Shown piece by piece: positions 38,638 through 49,605 of a DNA stretch of 59,828 nt (positions are counted from its first letter, which is position 1; each line of letters opens with the position of its first letter). The stretch lies in IMG/VR virus record IMGVR_UViG_3300022602_000103, positions 1-59,828 of that record; one strand, written 5' to 3'. A program made the position numbers and the translations under genes. Below the pieces are notes generated by a model. It was not told the DNA's origin and did not search any database. It saw only the letters and a program-made list of their open reading frames with translations. This DNA comes from a virus. Taxonomy: Duplodnaviria; Caudoviricetes.

Positions 38638-41600
38638 TGGCACTTCCTGCTGGATTTGAACTTGAAAAGCCGCAATTACCAGAAGGATTTAAGCTTGAAG
38701 ATCAGCCTAAACCTGATGCTCTGGGTAGATTTGTAGCTGACCAAACCGCACCGCAAGAAGGTCCTGTTCAAGTAGGCGAGAATGCGCCTGACTTTACCCG
38801 TGGTTTAACTAATGAATTAGGTAGTCTCCAAAATGTATATGGCGGGGCTAAAGTATTAGCAGGTAAAGTTCTTGGCAGTCAAAGCTTAATGCAATCTGGT
38901 TTAGAAAGCATGAAAGCTGGAGAAGCTAAAACTGAGGTTAAACCCACTGATGATTTAACAGATGCTTTTAAAAAAGGTATTGGTTCTGTAGTTGGTGATT
39001 GGTTGCCATATCAAATAGGTTCTGGCGTTGGTAATATTCTTGAGACCCTTGGTTTTATGGGTATTGGAGCTGGTGTCGGTGCTTTAACTGGAGCAGGTGC
39101 TGGAGCATTACCTGGCGCTGTAGCAGGTGCAGTAGAAAAATCACTAGTTAAAAAAGGTGTTCAGTTAGCCGCAGAAAATGTTTTAAAAGAAACATTAGCT
39201 AAAGAATTAGCCGCTGGGACTGAAAAAGCCGCAGCAAAAGAAGTAGCAAAAACTGCTGCTGAGAAATATGTAGCTGAACATGCAATAGATATGTTAGCTC
39301 AAATTGATGCTAAAGCCGCTGCTCAATCTGCTGCAAGAAATATTGGTGGTAATTTAGGTATTGTTAGCCAAGCTGGTTTGCACGGCGCAGGTGAAGTTAC
39401 TGGGCAAGCTGTCCAACAAGCTGAAGCTGAAGGTCGTGCCCCTACTGATATTAATATGACCCGCGTAGTACCTGCTGCATTGGTACACGGCGTAGCAGAT
39501 TTCTTTGCAGAAAAGATTGGTTTACATGCTTTAGATGGTATGGCGTTAAATTCGTCTGGCAAAATGGTTCAAGATATTGCTAAAGCAATTGCACTGACTG
39601 GTACTAAAGAAGTTGTTCCAGAAACAATCCAAGAAATTGCTCAGCGCTATGGCGCTAATATGTCTCTTACCGATGCAGATGCGCTAAAAGATTATTTAAA
39701 CACAGTTGGTGCTTCATATGCTATGTCAGTTGTTCCAGCTGGCATTGGTGGTGTTCGTGCTAATTTGGCCCATAGAGCGGCTGAAATACCAGATCAAACA
39801 AATACTTTACAAGACTCTTTAGCAACTAAAGTAGCTACAGCCCCTGGTTTATTAGATGCAAATGGTAAACCGATTGTTGCTCCAGACCAAACTGAAACAA
39901 CTTTGTCAGCTGCTCCACCTCAAGAATCTATTTATGATGTGCCTAAAAAAGAAGCAGCTGACTATCTTGCAAAAATAGATTCTGGTGAAGTACAACCTAA
40001 TGCTTCTATTCTTAAAAAACACTTAGCTGCTACTGGCGCTGAAATGCCTGAGACTGGAAAAGGTTTTAGAGATAGAGCTTTAGAAGCACTAAAAACTCAT
40101 TTAGCACCGCAAGGAGAACAAAATGTCGGGACAACTAGCACTGTCAATGGAACAGATAGAAGTAGCGCTGAAGTACTTGGACAGCAAACAGATAGCACCG
40201 CCACCACAGGAACTACCACAGTTGGAGACCAAGGACTGGGAAGAGTTACACCACCTGCTAACGTGTCTCAAGCTGGAAAAGGAACAGAGCGTACTGCATT
40301 AAGCCAAACAGCTACAGATGAAGAGTTACGTGCAGCGCTTGAAAAAGACCAAGCACAAGCTGCCGCTACAGAAGCACAACGTCAAGCTGCACTGCAAGAA
40401 GTGGCTGGCAAAAATATTCCTCAGACTAAAACTGATGAACAAATACGTGATGAATATGAGCTAGCAAGACAGGCTCATACAGATACTCAAACTAAACTAA
40501 GCGCTAGCATTGATGAGTTAAATGCGCAGCGTGACGCATTAGTTAAAGAAGAAAATGCCCCTGGCAATGAAGATATTGACAATGGTGAAAAGATTGCCAA
40601 AATTGATGACCAGTTAACTAATCTAGAAAACCAACGCTTAGGTGCTATTCCTGCATGGGAAAATTTAGCAGCTGATGAAAAAGATACTTATTTAGGTAGC
40701 CTTAAAACTAATCCATCCGCTCAAGACTTTGACAATGCAGCTAAAGCACTAGCTTCTTATAAAGAACAGAAAAAAGGTTCTGGACTCAAACCAACTGAAC
40801 AACGTGTAGTTAATGGATACGAAGATAGTCGTTCAGCTTATCAGCGCTCTTTGGGCATGGATTTACCAGCATGGGGTCAATTATCACCAGCTGCGCAAGC
40901 TGCATACACTAGTAACGTAAAAAATAATACAGTTGCTGAGCAAGATGTTGGCTTTAATGCCGTAGCTGACCAGTTAGAAAAAGAAGGTAGAAGCATAAGA
41001 GGTGTATCTCGTGCTGGCATGGAGACCCTCAAACTTAAAGGTACTGAGCAAGAGGCGCAAGCTAAAGCGCAAGAGCGCACTGCCAAAGAAAGAGTTGCAG
41101 CTAGTGAAGCTGTTGGCAAAGGCAAGCCTGTAGCCCAAGATGTTAAGATTGCTCTTGAGAATAATGACATCAATGGTGCGCTTCAAGTTCTGATTGATAC
41201 TGGAGAAGGTCTAAAGATTGGCCCACAAGAAGGCGAGACTGGCGCAATTAAACAGTTAGCTCAACGCCAATCTATCCTAACTAAATTTGTAAATCGGTTC
41301 TTAGCTCGTTCCTTAAGTGGTGTTAAGTTTAACTCTACAGTTGTTACTGACCAGAACAATGAAGTTATCCAGCGCTTAGAGAAACAAGGCAAGCTGGCAG
41401 AGTATGACCCAAAAACAGATACATTCTATTTCACTAAGGATGGGTTTGATGAAGCTACCGTCTTGCATGAGATTGTTCACGCTGGCACTGTTAAGCTTAT
41501 TAATCAGTTTTTAACTAACCCAGCTAGCATGGCTCCGTACCAACGTGAAGCTATGGAGCATCTCCAAAAGATATTTAATTTTGCTAAGAATCGTCTGGGT

Positions 41601-44600
41601 AAAAAGTATCCTAACGCATTTGAAAACTTGTATGAGTTTGTTAGCTATGCATTAACTGACTCTAAATTCCAAAACGAGCTAGCTAATACCCAAGTTCGTC
41701 CTCTAGCTAAATATACTGTGGGCGCAGTTAAAACTTTATGGGATAACCTAACTCAAGCGTTTGCCAAACTCTATAACTTAGTTACTGCAGGTCCTGTTCG
41801 CACACAAGTACGCCCAGAGTTATTTGATGCCATATCCAAAGGCTTAGCGCCGATGAATAAAGAAGGGCTTTACGAAGCTACTGAAGAAGGTATCACCACT
41901 ACTGAAGTTGGTGAGATGGTGCCAGGTCGTGAAGCAGAAGTTAAAGAAAAGAAGCAAAAGTACAAACCAGGCAAAGTGTTTTTAGGGTTAGAGCCTGGGT
42001 TTGAAGGCAATCTATTGTTAGAAGTATCTGAAGCTTTTAGCGACATTTTAGATGCCCCGCAAAAAGGTATTGAGGTTGCGCCACTTGCAGTTAAAAAAGC
42101 TGAAACCAAAATGGATAACGGCAGTATTCTGCCTAGCAAAGACAAACCTGGAAGTATTACTAAAGAGCAACAGCCACGCAATATCAAGTACTTTAAAGAC
42201 CTATTGTTTACCCGCCAAGGCTGGAGACGAATTGCCACTGCTGTACAAAATGATCGCTATGAAGTTAAGCACTGGCAGGATATGCGCGATTTGGCTGGTC
42301 AGATTTACTATGAAGGCAAAGACAAAATCAATAACGTCTATGGTCAGTTAGCTCGTGCTCCTGCACAAGGCATGAATTTATACCGCTCTTTAATTGAAGG
42401 AACGTATGAGAAGCTAGATAAATCTATTTCTGACTTGTCTAAAGCAACTGGTTTTGATATTAAAGATACTTTAGAGCTACTGCATAACGTTGCGGTGGGT
42501 ATGCACGACTATGAACGTCGCCTTGTTAAGTATTTAAAGATTGTGCCGCTATCTGAAAAGAAAAACTTAAAGTACAGCGGTCAGATGATTAGCGCTGCTG
42601 ACTTCCGTAAGATGGCATTTGAAAAGCTAAACGACAATAAAACTACAGAAGCTGAAGCCCGTCAGTTGCGCCACGAGTTAGATGCTATTGTATTTACCAA
42701 AAACACTAAAGGTGAATTGCAGCCTAATACTAAATACGTAAGCGAACTTGGAGATAGCCCTCGTCAAGTAACAGATAAAGGTGGTGTTCGTAAAGGTGTT
42801 AACACTGAGCTTGATAACCCTATATATGACGTATCGTTGCTTACTTATAAAGAAGCCCAGCAACGTATGGATGAGTACCATAAATTTCAACATAAAGGAT
42901 TAGTTGATACTGCGTTGCAACAAGTACGAGAGTTGCATCATACAACTACTGAGCTTAATAAGATGGCTAACTATTGGTCTCAGCCAGTAAGTAACCACGT
43001 AGCATTTTATGGGTGGGATAACTATGTACCTTTGGCTGGCTATCATAGCGAAGAAGATGAGGGTCTAAACCTTAACGGCAAACATATGGGTCGTGAGTTG
43101 CAAGATATGGCTCACTCATTTGAAGGTCGTGTATCTGAATCTAATAACACCATTTTGCAATCAATGACTGACGCTGTGCGTTCTGCTATGCGAGCAGGGC
43201 GTAAAGACTTAACCCAGTCTATTAAAAATGCATCTAAGTATGACAAAAAACTTAATCCTAACGGTACAGGCATACTGCCAACAGCCAAAGTATGGGGACG
43301 GATTACTTTTGAAGAGCGTCGCAATAAAGAAGTTGTTGACTCATTGCCACGTGAAAATACTATCTTTCACTATAACGAGGATGGCAGTATTGACATCATT
43401 GAGATTGCAGATAACAAATTAAGGGAATCAATTCGTCGTAGTTTTAAAGATACTAATCCGTTAGTTACTATGGCTAATAATATTACTAGCCGACTCGGTA
43501 TGATGCATACCCGTTATAACTTTAACTTTGCACCTTTAAATTTTGTACGTGATGCATTGACTAATGCTTGGGCTATTGGCGCTGAACTAGGACCACTTCA
43601 ATCAGCTAAATATATTGCTGATATTGCTACTAAAGTTACAACTCAAAATAGTCTTGGTAAGGCTTTAAAAGTTGCGGCTCTTTATGAAAGCAAAGACTAT
43701 AACCAGATTAAAATATTAGCTGCTAAAGACCCAATCATCAAGGATATGTATGACTTTGTTGAGAAGGGTGGTATGGTGGACTATCTGCAAGGTTTATCAT
43801 TAAAGTCTAATTTCCAAAGATTACACAAAGAACTTGGTCGTAGTGGCGTAATAAAAAATGTCACCCAGCTAAATAGATTTGTTGATATCTGGACAGACAT
43901 GTTTGAATTGTCTAGCCGTTCTGCTGCATATGCTATCGCCAAACAAAATTTTAAATCACGCGGTTTAAGTGAAGAAGCAGCTACAACTAAAGCCGTTGAA
44001 TATGCTAAAAACTTAGCCAACTTTGAACAAGTAGGTCAGTATGGTAAAGAGCTTGGCGCTGTATTTATGTTCTTCCGCCCATCTGCAACAGGTGCTGTTC
44101 GTGCAATTGAAGCAGTTGCTCCAGCATTCCAAAATGTAAAAAGCGCTTTAAGAGATTTACCGCCAGGCACTAGCGAAGAAGCTATAGCTACATTTAAAAC
44201 TAACTTTGCAGAGCGCCAAAGAAATGCACGATACATGACTGCTGCTTTAATGGGTCTTGGCGCATTGGCATACACAATGTCTAGCATGATGGCTGGTGAT
44301 GATGACTTGGGGCGTAATAGAGTAGCTAATGATGATCCTGCACAGTGGACACGTTTTGCTAGATTCTTTACTCCATTTAGTGATAACCCAATTCAATTGC
44401 CTTGGGGCTTTGGTCTAGGTTCATTTGCTGCGGCTGGCGCACAATTAGCAGCTGTAGGTAGCGGACACCAATCATTTGGTGGTGCTATGGGTAATATTTT
44501 GACTCAGATTTCATTGGATTCATTTGTTCCTATTCCAGTATCCCGTATGCCTATCCAAGATAATCCAGCGCTATGGATGCTAGACTCATTAACACCTAGC

Positions 44601-45266
44601 ATGCTACGCCCTGCTATGGAGTTTGTAGTTAACAAAAATGGTTTAGGTCAAAGCATTTATAGCGATGCTAATCGCCGTATGGGTGATGCCTACTTAGGTG
44701 GTAATAATATCCCAGAAATTTACAAAACAATTGCACGTCAGTTGTTTGACTCTTCAGCAGGTGCTATTGACTTTTCACCTAATAGTATTTATTTCCTTGC
44801 CAATAGTTATATGGATGGCCCTGCACGTATTATAGAATCTACTACTAATGGTATGTATTTGGCATCGGGTCAAGCTGAAGAAAAAGATGCTATAGCAAGG
44901 ATGAAAGGTACACCATTTATTGGCTCGTTTATTGGTTCTGTACCTAATGTGGATAGTCGTGAGTTCTCATCTATAGAAAATCAAATTAAAGACAAACAAA
45001 AAATTTACACACAGGCGCAATTAAATCCAGAAGTAGAAGCTAAATACGTAGATAAAAACCCATTAGACCCTGAGATTATTGATTACTATAACCATGTTGT
45101 TAATGGTAGGTTAAAAGAATTACGTTCTCAAGCTAATCAAATTAGACTAATGCAAGGTGTATCTCCAAAAGATAGAGCTTCAATGCTAAAAGAAATTAAT
45201 AAAGAACAAAATCTTGTTAAGTATGATTTAGTACAACAATTTAAATCCTATGGTATGAAACCCTAG
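38637..45266 (+). CDS. large polyvalent ejection protein with zincin motif
   Basis: 2209 aa; VLHEIVHAG (HExxH) with downstream YEFVS; LPD38-like C-terminal region. Confidence 0.7.
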   Translation: MALPAGFELEKPQLPEGFKLEDQPKPDALGRFVADQTAPQEGPVQVGENAPDFTRGLTNELGSLQNVYGGAKVLAGKVLGSQSLMQSGLESMKAGEAKTEVKPTDDLTDAFKKGIGSVVGDWLPYQIGSGVGNILETLGFMGIGAGVGALTGAGAGALPGAVAGAVEKSLVKKGVQLAAENVLKETLAKELAAGTEKAAAKEVAKTAAEKYVAEHAIDMLAQIDAKAAAQSAARNIGGNLGIVSQAGLHGAGEVTGQAVQQAEAEGRAPTDINMTRVVPAALVHGVADFFAEKIGLHALDGMALNSSGKMVQDIAKAIALTGTKEVVPETIQEIAQRYGANMSLTDADALKDYLNTVGASYAMSVVPAGIGGVRANLAHRAAEIPDQTNTLQDSLATKVATAPGLLDANGKPIVAPDQTETTLSAAPPQESIYDVPKKEAADYLAKIDSGEVQPNASILKKHLAATGAEMPETGKGFRDRALEALKTHLAPQGEQNVGTTSTVNGTDRSSAEVLGQQTDSTATTGTTTVGDQGLGRVTPPANVSQAGKGTERTALSQTATDEELRAALEKDQAQAAATEAQRQAALQEVAGKNIPQTKTDEQIRDEYELARQAHTDTQTKLSASIDELNAQRDALVKEENAPGNEDIDNGEKIAKIDDQLTNLENQRLGAIPAWENLAADEKDTYLGSLKTNPSAQDFDNAAKALASYKEQKKGSGLKPTEQRVVNGYEDSRSAYQRSLGMDLPAWGQLSPAAQAAYTSNVKNNTVAEQDVGFNAVADQLEKEGRSIRGVSRAGMETLKLKGTEQEAQAKAQERTAKERVAASEAVGKGKPVAQDVKIALENNDINGALQVLIDTGEGLKIGPQEGETGAIKQLAQRQSILTKFVNRFLARSLSGVKFNSTVVTDQNNEVIQRLEKQGKLAEYDPKTDTFYFTKDGFDEATVLHEIVHAGTVKLINQFLTNPASMAPYQREAMEHLQKIFNFAKNRLGKKYPNAFENLYEFVSYALTDSKFQNELANTQVRPLAKYTVGAVKTLWDNLTQAFAKLYNLVTAGPVRTQVRPELFDAISKGLAPMNKEGLYEATEEGITTTEVGEMVPGREAEVKEKKQKYKPGKVFLGLEPGFEGNLLLEVSEAFSDILDAPQKGIEVAPLAVKKAETKMDNGSILPSKDKPGSITKEQQPRNIKYFKDLLFTRQGWRRIATAVQNDRYEVKHWQDMRDLAGQIYYEGKDKINNVYGQLARAPAQGMNLYRSLIEGTYEKLDKSISDLSKATGFDIKDTLELLHNVAVGMHDYERRLVKYLKIVPLSEKKNLKYSGQMISAADFRKMAFEKLNDNKTTEAEARQLRHELDAIVFTKNTKGELQPNTKYVSELGDSPRQVTDKGGVRKGVNTELDNPIYDVSLLTYKEAQQRMDEYHKFQHKGLVDTALQQVRELHHTTTELNKMANYWSQPVSNHVAFYGWDNYVPLAGYHSEEDEGLNLNGKHMGRELQDMAHSFEGRVSESNNTILQSMTDAVRSAMRAGRKDLTQSIKNASKYDKKLNPNGTGILPTAKVWGRITFEERRNKEVVDSLPRENTIFHYNEDGSIDIIEIADNKLRESIRRSFKDTNPLVTMANNITSRLGMMHTRYNFNFAPLNFVRDALTNAWAIGAELGPLQSAKYIADIATKVTTQNSLGKALKVAALYESKDYNQIKILAAKDPIIKDMYDFVEKGGMVDYLQGLSLKSNFQRLHKELGRSGVIKNVTQLNRFVDIWTDMFELSSRSAAYAIAKQNFKSRGLSEEAATTKAVEYAKNLANFEQVGQYGKELGAVFMFFRPSATGAVRAIEAVAPAFQNVKSALRDLPPGTSEEAIATFKTNFAERQRNARYMTAALMGLGALAYTMSSMMAGDDDLGRNRVANDDPAQWTRFARFFTPFSDNPIQLPWGFGLGSFAAAGAQLAAVGSGHQSFGGAMGNILTQISLDSFVPIPVSRMPIQDNPALWMLDSLTPSMLRPAMEFVVNKNGLGQSIYSDANRRMGDAYLGGNNIPEIYKTIARQLFDSSAGAIDFSPNSIYFLANSYMDGPARIIESTTNGMYLASGQAEEKDAIARMKGTPFIGSFIGSVPNVDSREFSSIENQIKDKQKIYTQAQLNPEVEAKYVDKNPLDPEIIDYYNHVVNGRLKELRSQANQIRLMQGVSPKDRASMLKEINKEQNLVKYDLVQQFKSYGMKP

Positions 45267-45472
45267 GCGGTACGCCAACAACGTACCCCTAGGTGACTGT
45301 CTTTAGTTGTAACGTACGACTTTACACGCACTCCAGCGCGCTTTGCGCCACAGTCTAAAGAGTAAATTAACTCCGCTGGGCGAAGGGTAGGGATAAAAAA
45401 ACTCTCCCCAACCTCCATGCCTTCAAACGGTAGCAGCCATTCTGGTTCAATGATCTGCGTGGGGTTTATCAT
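45263..45472 (-). CDS. small putative DNA-binding protein
   Basis: PFEGMEVGESFFIP...GVRCWR. Confidence 0.65.
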   Translation of the reverse strand: MINPTQIIEPEWLLPFEGMEVGESFFIPTLRPAELIYSLDCGAKRAGVRVKSYVTTKDSHLGVRCWRTA

Positions 45473-48344
45473 CCGTGAACTCCATTGTATTTTTGAATAA
45501 ATAAACGTTGGTAGCTTTGGTAGTAGTCGTTGCCTTCCAGCCAGTCTCCAAATGCTTCTTGGCGCCTTTGTCTATCATGTCGCCAGACTCTATCATCGAC
45601 TTCTCAAACTCTCGTGGAGAAATCTTTTTCTTCTGCAAGTATTCTTTGAACGCTTCTTTAGATATGCGAGTAGGTTCATCGGTAGCAACCCTTGCAACTA
45701 ACTTGCCACGTGGTTCATCAATCACCTTGCTATCCTTGATACGTAGGATGTTACCCATATTCTCGTAGATAAAGTCATTAAGAACAGCAGAGTAGTCAGT
45801 ACTATTAACTTTGACCACATTAAGCTTGATGTTGATAAGCTCATGGATTACCTTGCGATAAATACGTTCTAAGTCATACTTCACAATACCTGCATCGTTC
45901 AGAATCTCCCCTGCCGTAAACACAGCTGCTACAAAGTTTTGGTGGAAGCGGTAAGCTGAATCGCCACCTGTGTCAGTTAAATATCTATTAATCCAATGAC
46001 CAATCCGCATTTGGATATGAGCATCGCCAATCTGATAGACCTGCTGGATAAACATCGGTCCTGCATGACCATAGTTATGTTTGAACGCATCAAAGATATG
46101 AACACCTAGCTTTGCGCCCTCTGCCCCTTTTAAGTCCTCTGGTTGTTCAATCAAGAACTCAATCAGACGAGCTACTTCTCCGTCAGGGCTTCCCTTAAGA
46201 ACCTCAAACTTGTTGTAAACAGATTCGTTGGTGGTTAACACCGCTATTAAAGATGCCATCATCTCGGTAACCCGTTCAGCATTGACTGATGCTTGCATAC
46301 GAATCTTGGCTTTACCGTTAGATACGTTATGAACTAACTGAGATAGTGGCTTAGGGTCTTTATTGCCAACCTCGTCAACTCCAAACATCAAGTTCTTAAG
46401 ACCAAGCATACGACCAGTCAAACCGTTGTCCGTACTTTCAAATACGCTTAGCGCATCGGGGTCACCAAAAGCACTAATGCCAGCATACATAGCACCAGTC
46501 TTAGCGCTACCTGATCTACCCAACAAAGATATTACAACACCAGGTGTAGACATATAGGACATGAGTGTGGTTCCAAAACCAGCCATGCAGACCATAGCAT
46601 GCAACTCAAACCCAAGACGGTTTAATTCATTAGCAGACTCTTGCCAACGTTCAAAAGTTCCAACTGTTTTAAAGTGTTTAGATACTCCACGAATGTAGGG
46701 CGAGATAGGTGCTTCAACTAATTGTCCGTCGTGGGTAATCTCTTTATCGCCTACAACAAAACTACGTTTATTCCATTCTTCAGAGTTCTTAGACTCTGTC
46801 CAACCTAACTGCATACGCATCTGTTGCGCTTTACTCATGAGAATCATATATTTGCTCCATGTGACAATGTATTCTTGTATGTGATTGATGTGCTTCGGAC
46901 TATAAATAACTTGGTGAAATGACAGCGTCTTCTTAAATTCTTCTAACGCATATACAGACTTCATAGGTAGTAAAAACTCTTTAAGACCATCATTAGGAAG
47001 AATCAAATGCATAGTCAAGCACTCACCATCTAGAGGACTAAATAGTCTGCGTGTGGGGTATAACAGTTGTGCAAGAATTTCAAATGGGTCTTCGTAATGA
47101 ACCTGCCCCTTCTTATCAGCTTTCGGTAAAGGTACAAAATAAACACCACCACTAGCGCCTATTACATAGGGGGTTGGTAATTTTGGAATTTTTTGGGTAT
47201 TCGATGTCTCCCGAACTGATTCCTTTTCATCGGTTTGTATTCCGAGGGCGGCGTTAATGTCGCTGGCGGATTGTTCTCCTGCTGGGGTGATGATAATTTC
47301 GTCGGTTGCTTCCTTAATAACTTTTCCCAAAACGATTGGGGTTTTAATTTTTCCACGGTGTTTGCATCCTTTGCATCTGTCAGGGTAGTTATCTTCAAAC
47401 CATTCGCATGTGCGAGGGGCTGGAAAGTCTTTAGCTTTCTTCTCTGTTTCTTCGTATGAATAAGTGGGATAGTCTTCTGATATTAGATGTATGGCTTTTG
47501 CACCATCAGTACAGAACTTAGCTATAGATAGACCAGCATGCCATAGTGGCTCTTCTAGCGTTGCAGCTTCAACTAATATGTGCTCAATCTGCGCACAGCC
47601 ATCACCAGCAAGTGTACGTTCCGCAATCTTTTGAAAGCTCCACTCGTAGTCATCTATCTTTTTCATAGCTAGCGCATCTTCGTCCAAGCCTTTGCGTACA
47701 TTAGCAAATGGGTCTACGGTCTTAGCTTGTTCAACAACTTCAAAAGAATCTAAGAATGCTTTAAACTCATCCCAGTCATAGCTAGAAATCTCATCACCAA
47801 TAACTGATGTAGGTTCTGGGGGATTAAACTTATGATTGAATGTGTCAGGGCAACGCATGATCCTAGCTGGATCAGCCATCACCATTGGATCAGCGCCTAT
47901 CCTTGCTAATGCAAATGTCTTGAACTTCTGTGCATAGGGAAGGTACTCTTCAATTGGGATATCCCTATCCATAATCCAATAGGCATGCAGACCACCGCCA
48001 GAATCAATACACACAGGATCAGGCAGACCTGTTTCACCAAGGAATTTCCATAAGGCTGTTTGCGCCTCGCCTTTGTCACCATAAGCTTTACCCTCTCCAA
48101 CATCGAGATCAACAAAGAACGACTTATAAAAGATGCAGTTCTCCGCTTTACGGCTAAACCCATCAAACGACCCAGGTGCTACAAATACATTTAACTGCTG
48201 ACTTTTTAACTTCTCGACTAATTTAAATACATCTTCAAGTGTTTCTGCAAAGCGGTTGACTGTTTTCTTTGTTGTTTGTTCTATACCACTTACACAATAA
48301 ACACCCTGCGATGGCAATGCTTTCTCATAGAATTGTTTTAACAT
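45447..48344 (-). CDS. primase-helicase (RepB-like primase + DUF927)
   Basis: FFVDLD, DSGGGLHAYW, RIMRCP; W..GLS..KFC and TC...C..C; Walker-like GRSGSAKT, VDEV; NYGHAG. Confidence 0.8.
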   Translation of the reverse strand: MLKQFYEKALPSQGVYCVSGIEQTTKKTVNRFAETLEDVFKLVEKLKSQQLNVFVAPGSFDGFSRKAENCIFYKSFFVDLDVGEGKAYGDKGEAQTALWKFLGETGLPDPVCIDSGGGLHAYWIMDRDIPIEEYLPYAQKFKTFALARIGADPMVMADPARIMRCPDTFNHKFNPPEPTSVIGDEISSYDWDEFKAFLDSFEVVEQAKTVDPFANVRKGLDEDALAMKKIDDYEWSFQKIAERTLAGDGCAQIEHILVEAATLEEPLWHAGLSIAKFCTDGAKAIHLISEDYPTYSYEETEKKAKDFPAPRTCEWFEDNYPDRCKGCKHRGKIKTPIVLGKVIKEATDEIIITPAGEQSASDINAALGIQTDEKESVRETSNTQKIPKLPTPYVIGASGGVYFVPLPKADKKGQVHYEDPFEILAQLLYPTRRLFSPLDGECLTMHLILPNDGLKEFLLPMKSVYALEEFKKTLSFHQVIYSPKHINHIQEYIVTWSKYMILMSKAQQMRMQLGWTESKNSEEWNKRSFVVGDKEITHDGQLVEAPISPYIRGVSKHFKTVGTFERWQESANELNRLGFELHAMVCMAGFGTTLMSYMSTPGVVISLLGRSGSAKTGAMYAGISAFGDPDALSVFESTDNGLTGRMLGLKNLMFGVDEVGNKDPKPLSQLVHNVSNGKAKIRMQASVNAERVTEMMASLIAVLTTNESVYNKFEVLKGSPDGEVARLIEFLIEQPEDLKGAEGAKLGVHIFDAFKHNYGHAGPMFIQQVYQIGDAHIQMRIGHWINRYLTDTGGDSAYRFHQNFVAAVFTAGEILNDAGIVKYDLERIYRKVIHELINIKLNVVKVNSTDYSAVLNDFIYENMGNILRIKDSKVIDEPRGKLVARVATDEPTRISKEAFKEYLQKKKISPREFEKSMIESGDMIDKGAKKHLETGWKATTTTKATNVYLFKNTMEFTDDKPHADH

Positions 48345-48357
48345 ATGCGCAGAGTCT

Positions 48358-48380
48358 AAAAAGGCGGATTACTCCGCCTT
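48358..48380 (-). terminator. terminator-like hairpin upstream of the primase
   Basis: AAGGCGGA-GTAA-TCCGCCTT then T-tract. Confidence 0.65.
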
Positions 48381-48408
48381 GGTTAATTCATGGGGTTTCC
48401 CCCGCCCT

Positions 48409-48723
48409 TTAAATCTTTTGACCGATCATGTCCTCTATATAAGCCTTAGCTTGGGCGGTGCTCTTAGCTGGCAATACGCCATCGTCTAAGTCCTTCTCTA
48501 CTAAAGATGTAAATGCAGCAATCAATCGGCGCTTCTTATCACGGATAGGATTGCCACGGAACCAGCTATGAACCGACATCCGAGTTACTTCTAGTGCGAC
48601 AGCAACGTACTTTGCGGGGAGGTTCGCTCTCACACAAGCCTTTGCCAACTGCACCCCTGTAGTATCAAATGGGCGCAGTCCACCTAACTCTTTAATAAAT
48701 TCTTTGCTATACGTCCGTGGCAT
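48409..48723 (-). CDS. HTH transcriptional regulator-like protein
   Basis: AKYVAVALEVTRMSVHSWFRG. Confidence 0.65.
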   Translation of the reverse strand: MPRTYSKEFIKELGGLRPFDTTGVQLAKACVRANLPAKYVAVALEVTRMSVHSWFRGNPIRDKKRRLIAAFTSLVEKDLDDGVLPAKSTAQAKAYIEDMIGQKI

Positions 48724-48731
48724 TTTTATCC

Positions 48732-49577
48732 TTACTTCTTAGACCATTTTTTAACAATATCCGATACGTCGGACGCTTTTTCACCAGCGGAAGCTTTTGA
48801 TTCACGCTTGACTGGTTCTGCAACTTCTGGCTCTGCAACCTCTGGAGCTTCACCAGCGCTATCTGTTTGATAGACATTTAACTTAATGGCTTGTTCAGCC
48901 GTTGGGCTTTTAGCTTGACGAGCAATAATTTCTAAATCGCTATCAGACACAGCACCAACTGGAGAGAACAATACTTTTGGCGTAGGAGATTTTGTATCGA
49001 AAGCCATCTTAGTAACAACGCGGCCCGCTGACACATTGTGTGACGCTAGGTGTTGAATGTACGGACGGAAAGGCCAACGACCATTATCTTCTTTGCCAAA
49101 AGACGAAGTAGCGGGTAGAACTAACTGCATAACATCACCTGCTGGGTCGTTCGGTAAAACGACTGCGGTGCGCCATGACAGTCTGCATTTTGCGCTTGTA
49201 CCATTATCGCTAGAACCCTTCGCACTATTCGGACATGCCGAGCAACTGGATGCAACTGGATTTTTAACATCTTCATCAGGCTTGTTAGAGTCAGAAGACC
49301 AGCAAGCTGGAGATACCTTCTCACCTTCTTTGTAGCCCTTGTCATAAAACATACGTGAGGCATTGTGTGCCATCTTAACAATGATGACATTCATATAGCG
49401 GTCTTCAATAGCACCGATCTCTTTACCACCTGCATACTTACGGAAGACTCCGCCCTTAATAGAAATACGCTTATTGCCTTGGCGATTGCCACCAGCAACG
49501 GCTAATGTATCTTCATCTAATCCGCCAACCGTAGCCAACGCACCGAGGGCACTTAAATTAACTAATTCTGTACTCAT
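48732..49577 (-). CDS. putative ssDNA-binding/recombination protein
   Basis: RISIKGGVFR, PACWS, C..CP, acidic tail; replication-module context. Confidence 0.5.
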   Translation of the reverse strand: MSTELVNLSALGALATVGGLDEDTLAVAGGNRQGNKRISIKGGVFRKYAGGKEIGAIEDRYMNVIIVKMAHNASRMFYDKGYKEGEKVSPACWSSDSNKPDEDVKNPVASSCSACPNSAKGSSDNGTSAKCRLSWRTAVVLPNDPAGDVMQLVLPATSSFGKEDNGRWPFRPYIQHLASHNVSAGRVVTKMAFDTKSPTPKVLFSPVGAVSDSDLEIIARQAKSPTAEQAIKLNVYQTDSAGEAPEVAEPEVAEPVKRESKASAGEKASDVSDIVKKWSKK

Positions 49578-49605
49578 TTAAAACTCCTTATTTAACTGTA
49601 TTTAA

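Noticed and set aside
7201-45266. Many short antisense or alternate-frame ORFs in the track
   Set aside because: They are shadows of long genes with recognisable motifs and have no independent RBS or motif support.
45263-45266. Convergent arms meeting at a shared CTAG with no obvious terminator
   Set aside because: Overlapping convergent stops are common in compact phage genomes, and nothing else here is unusual.
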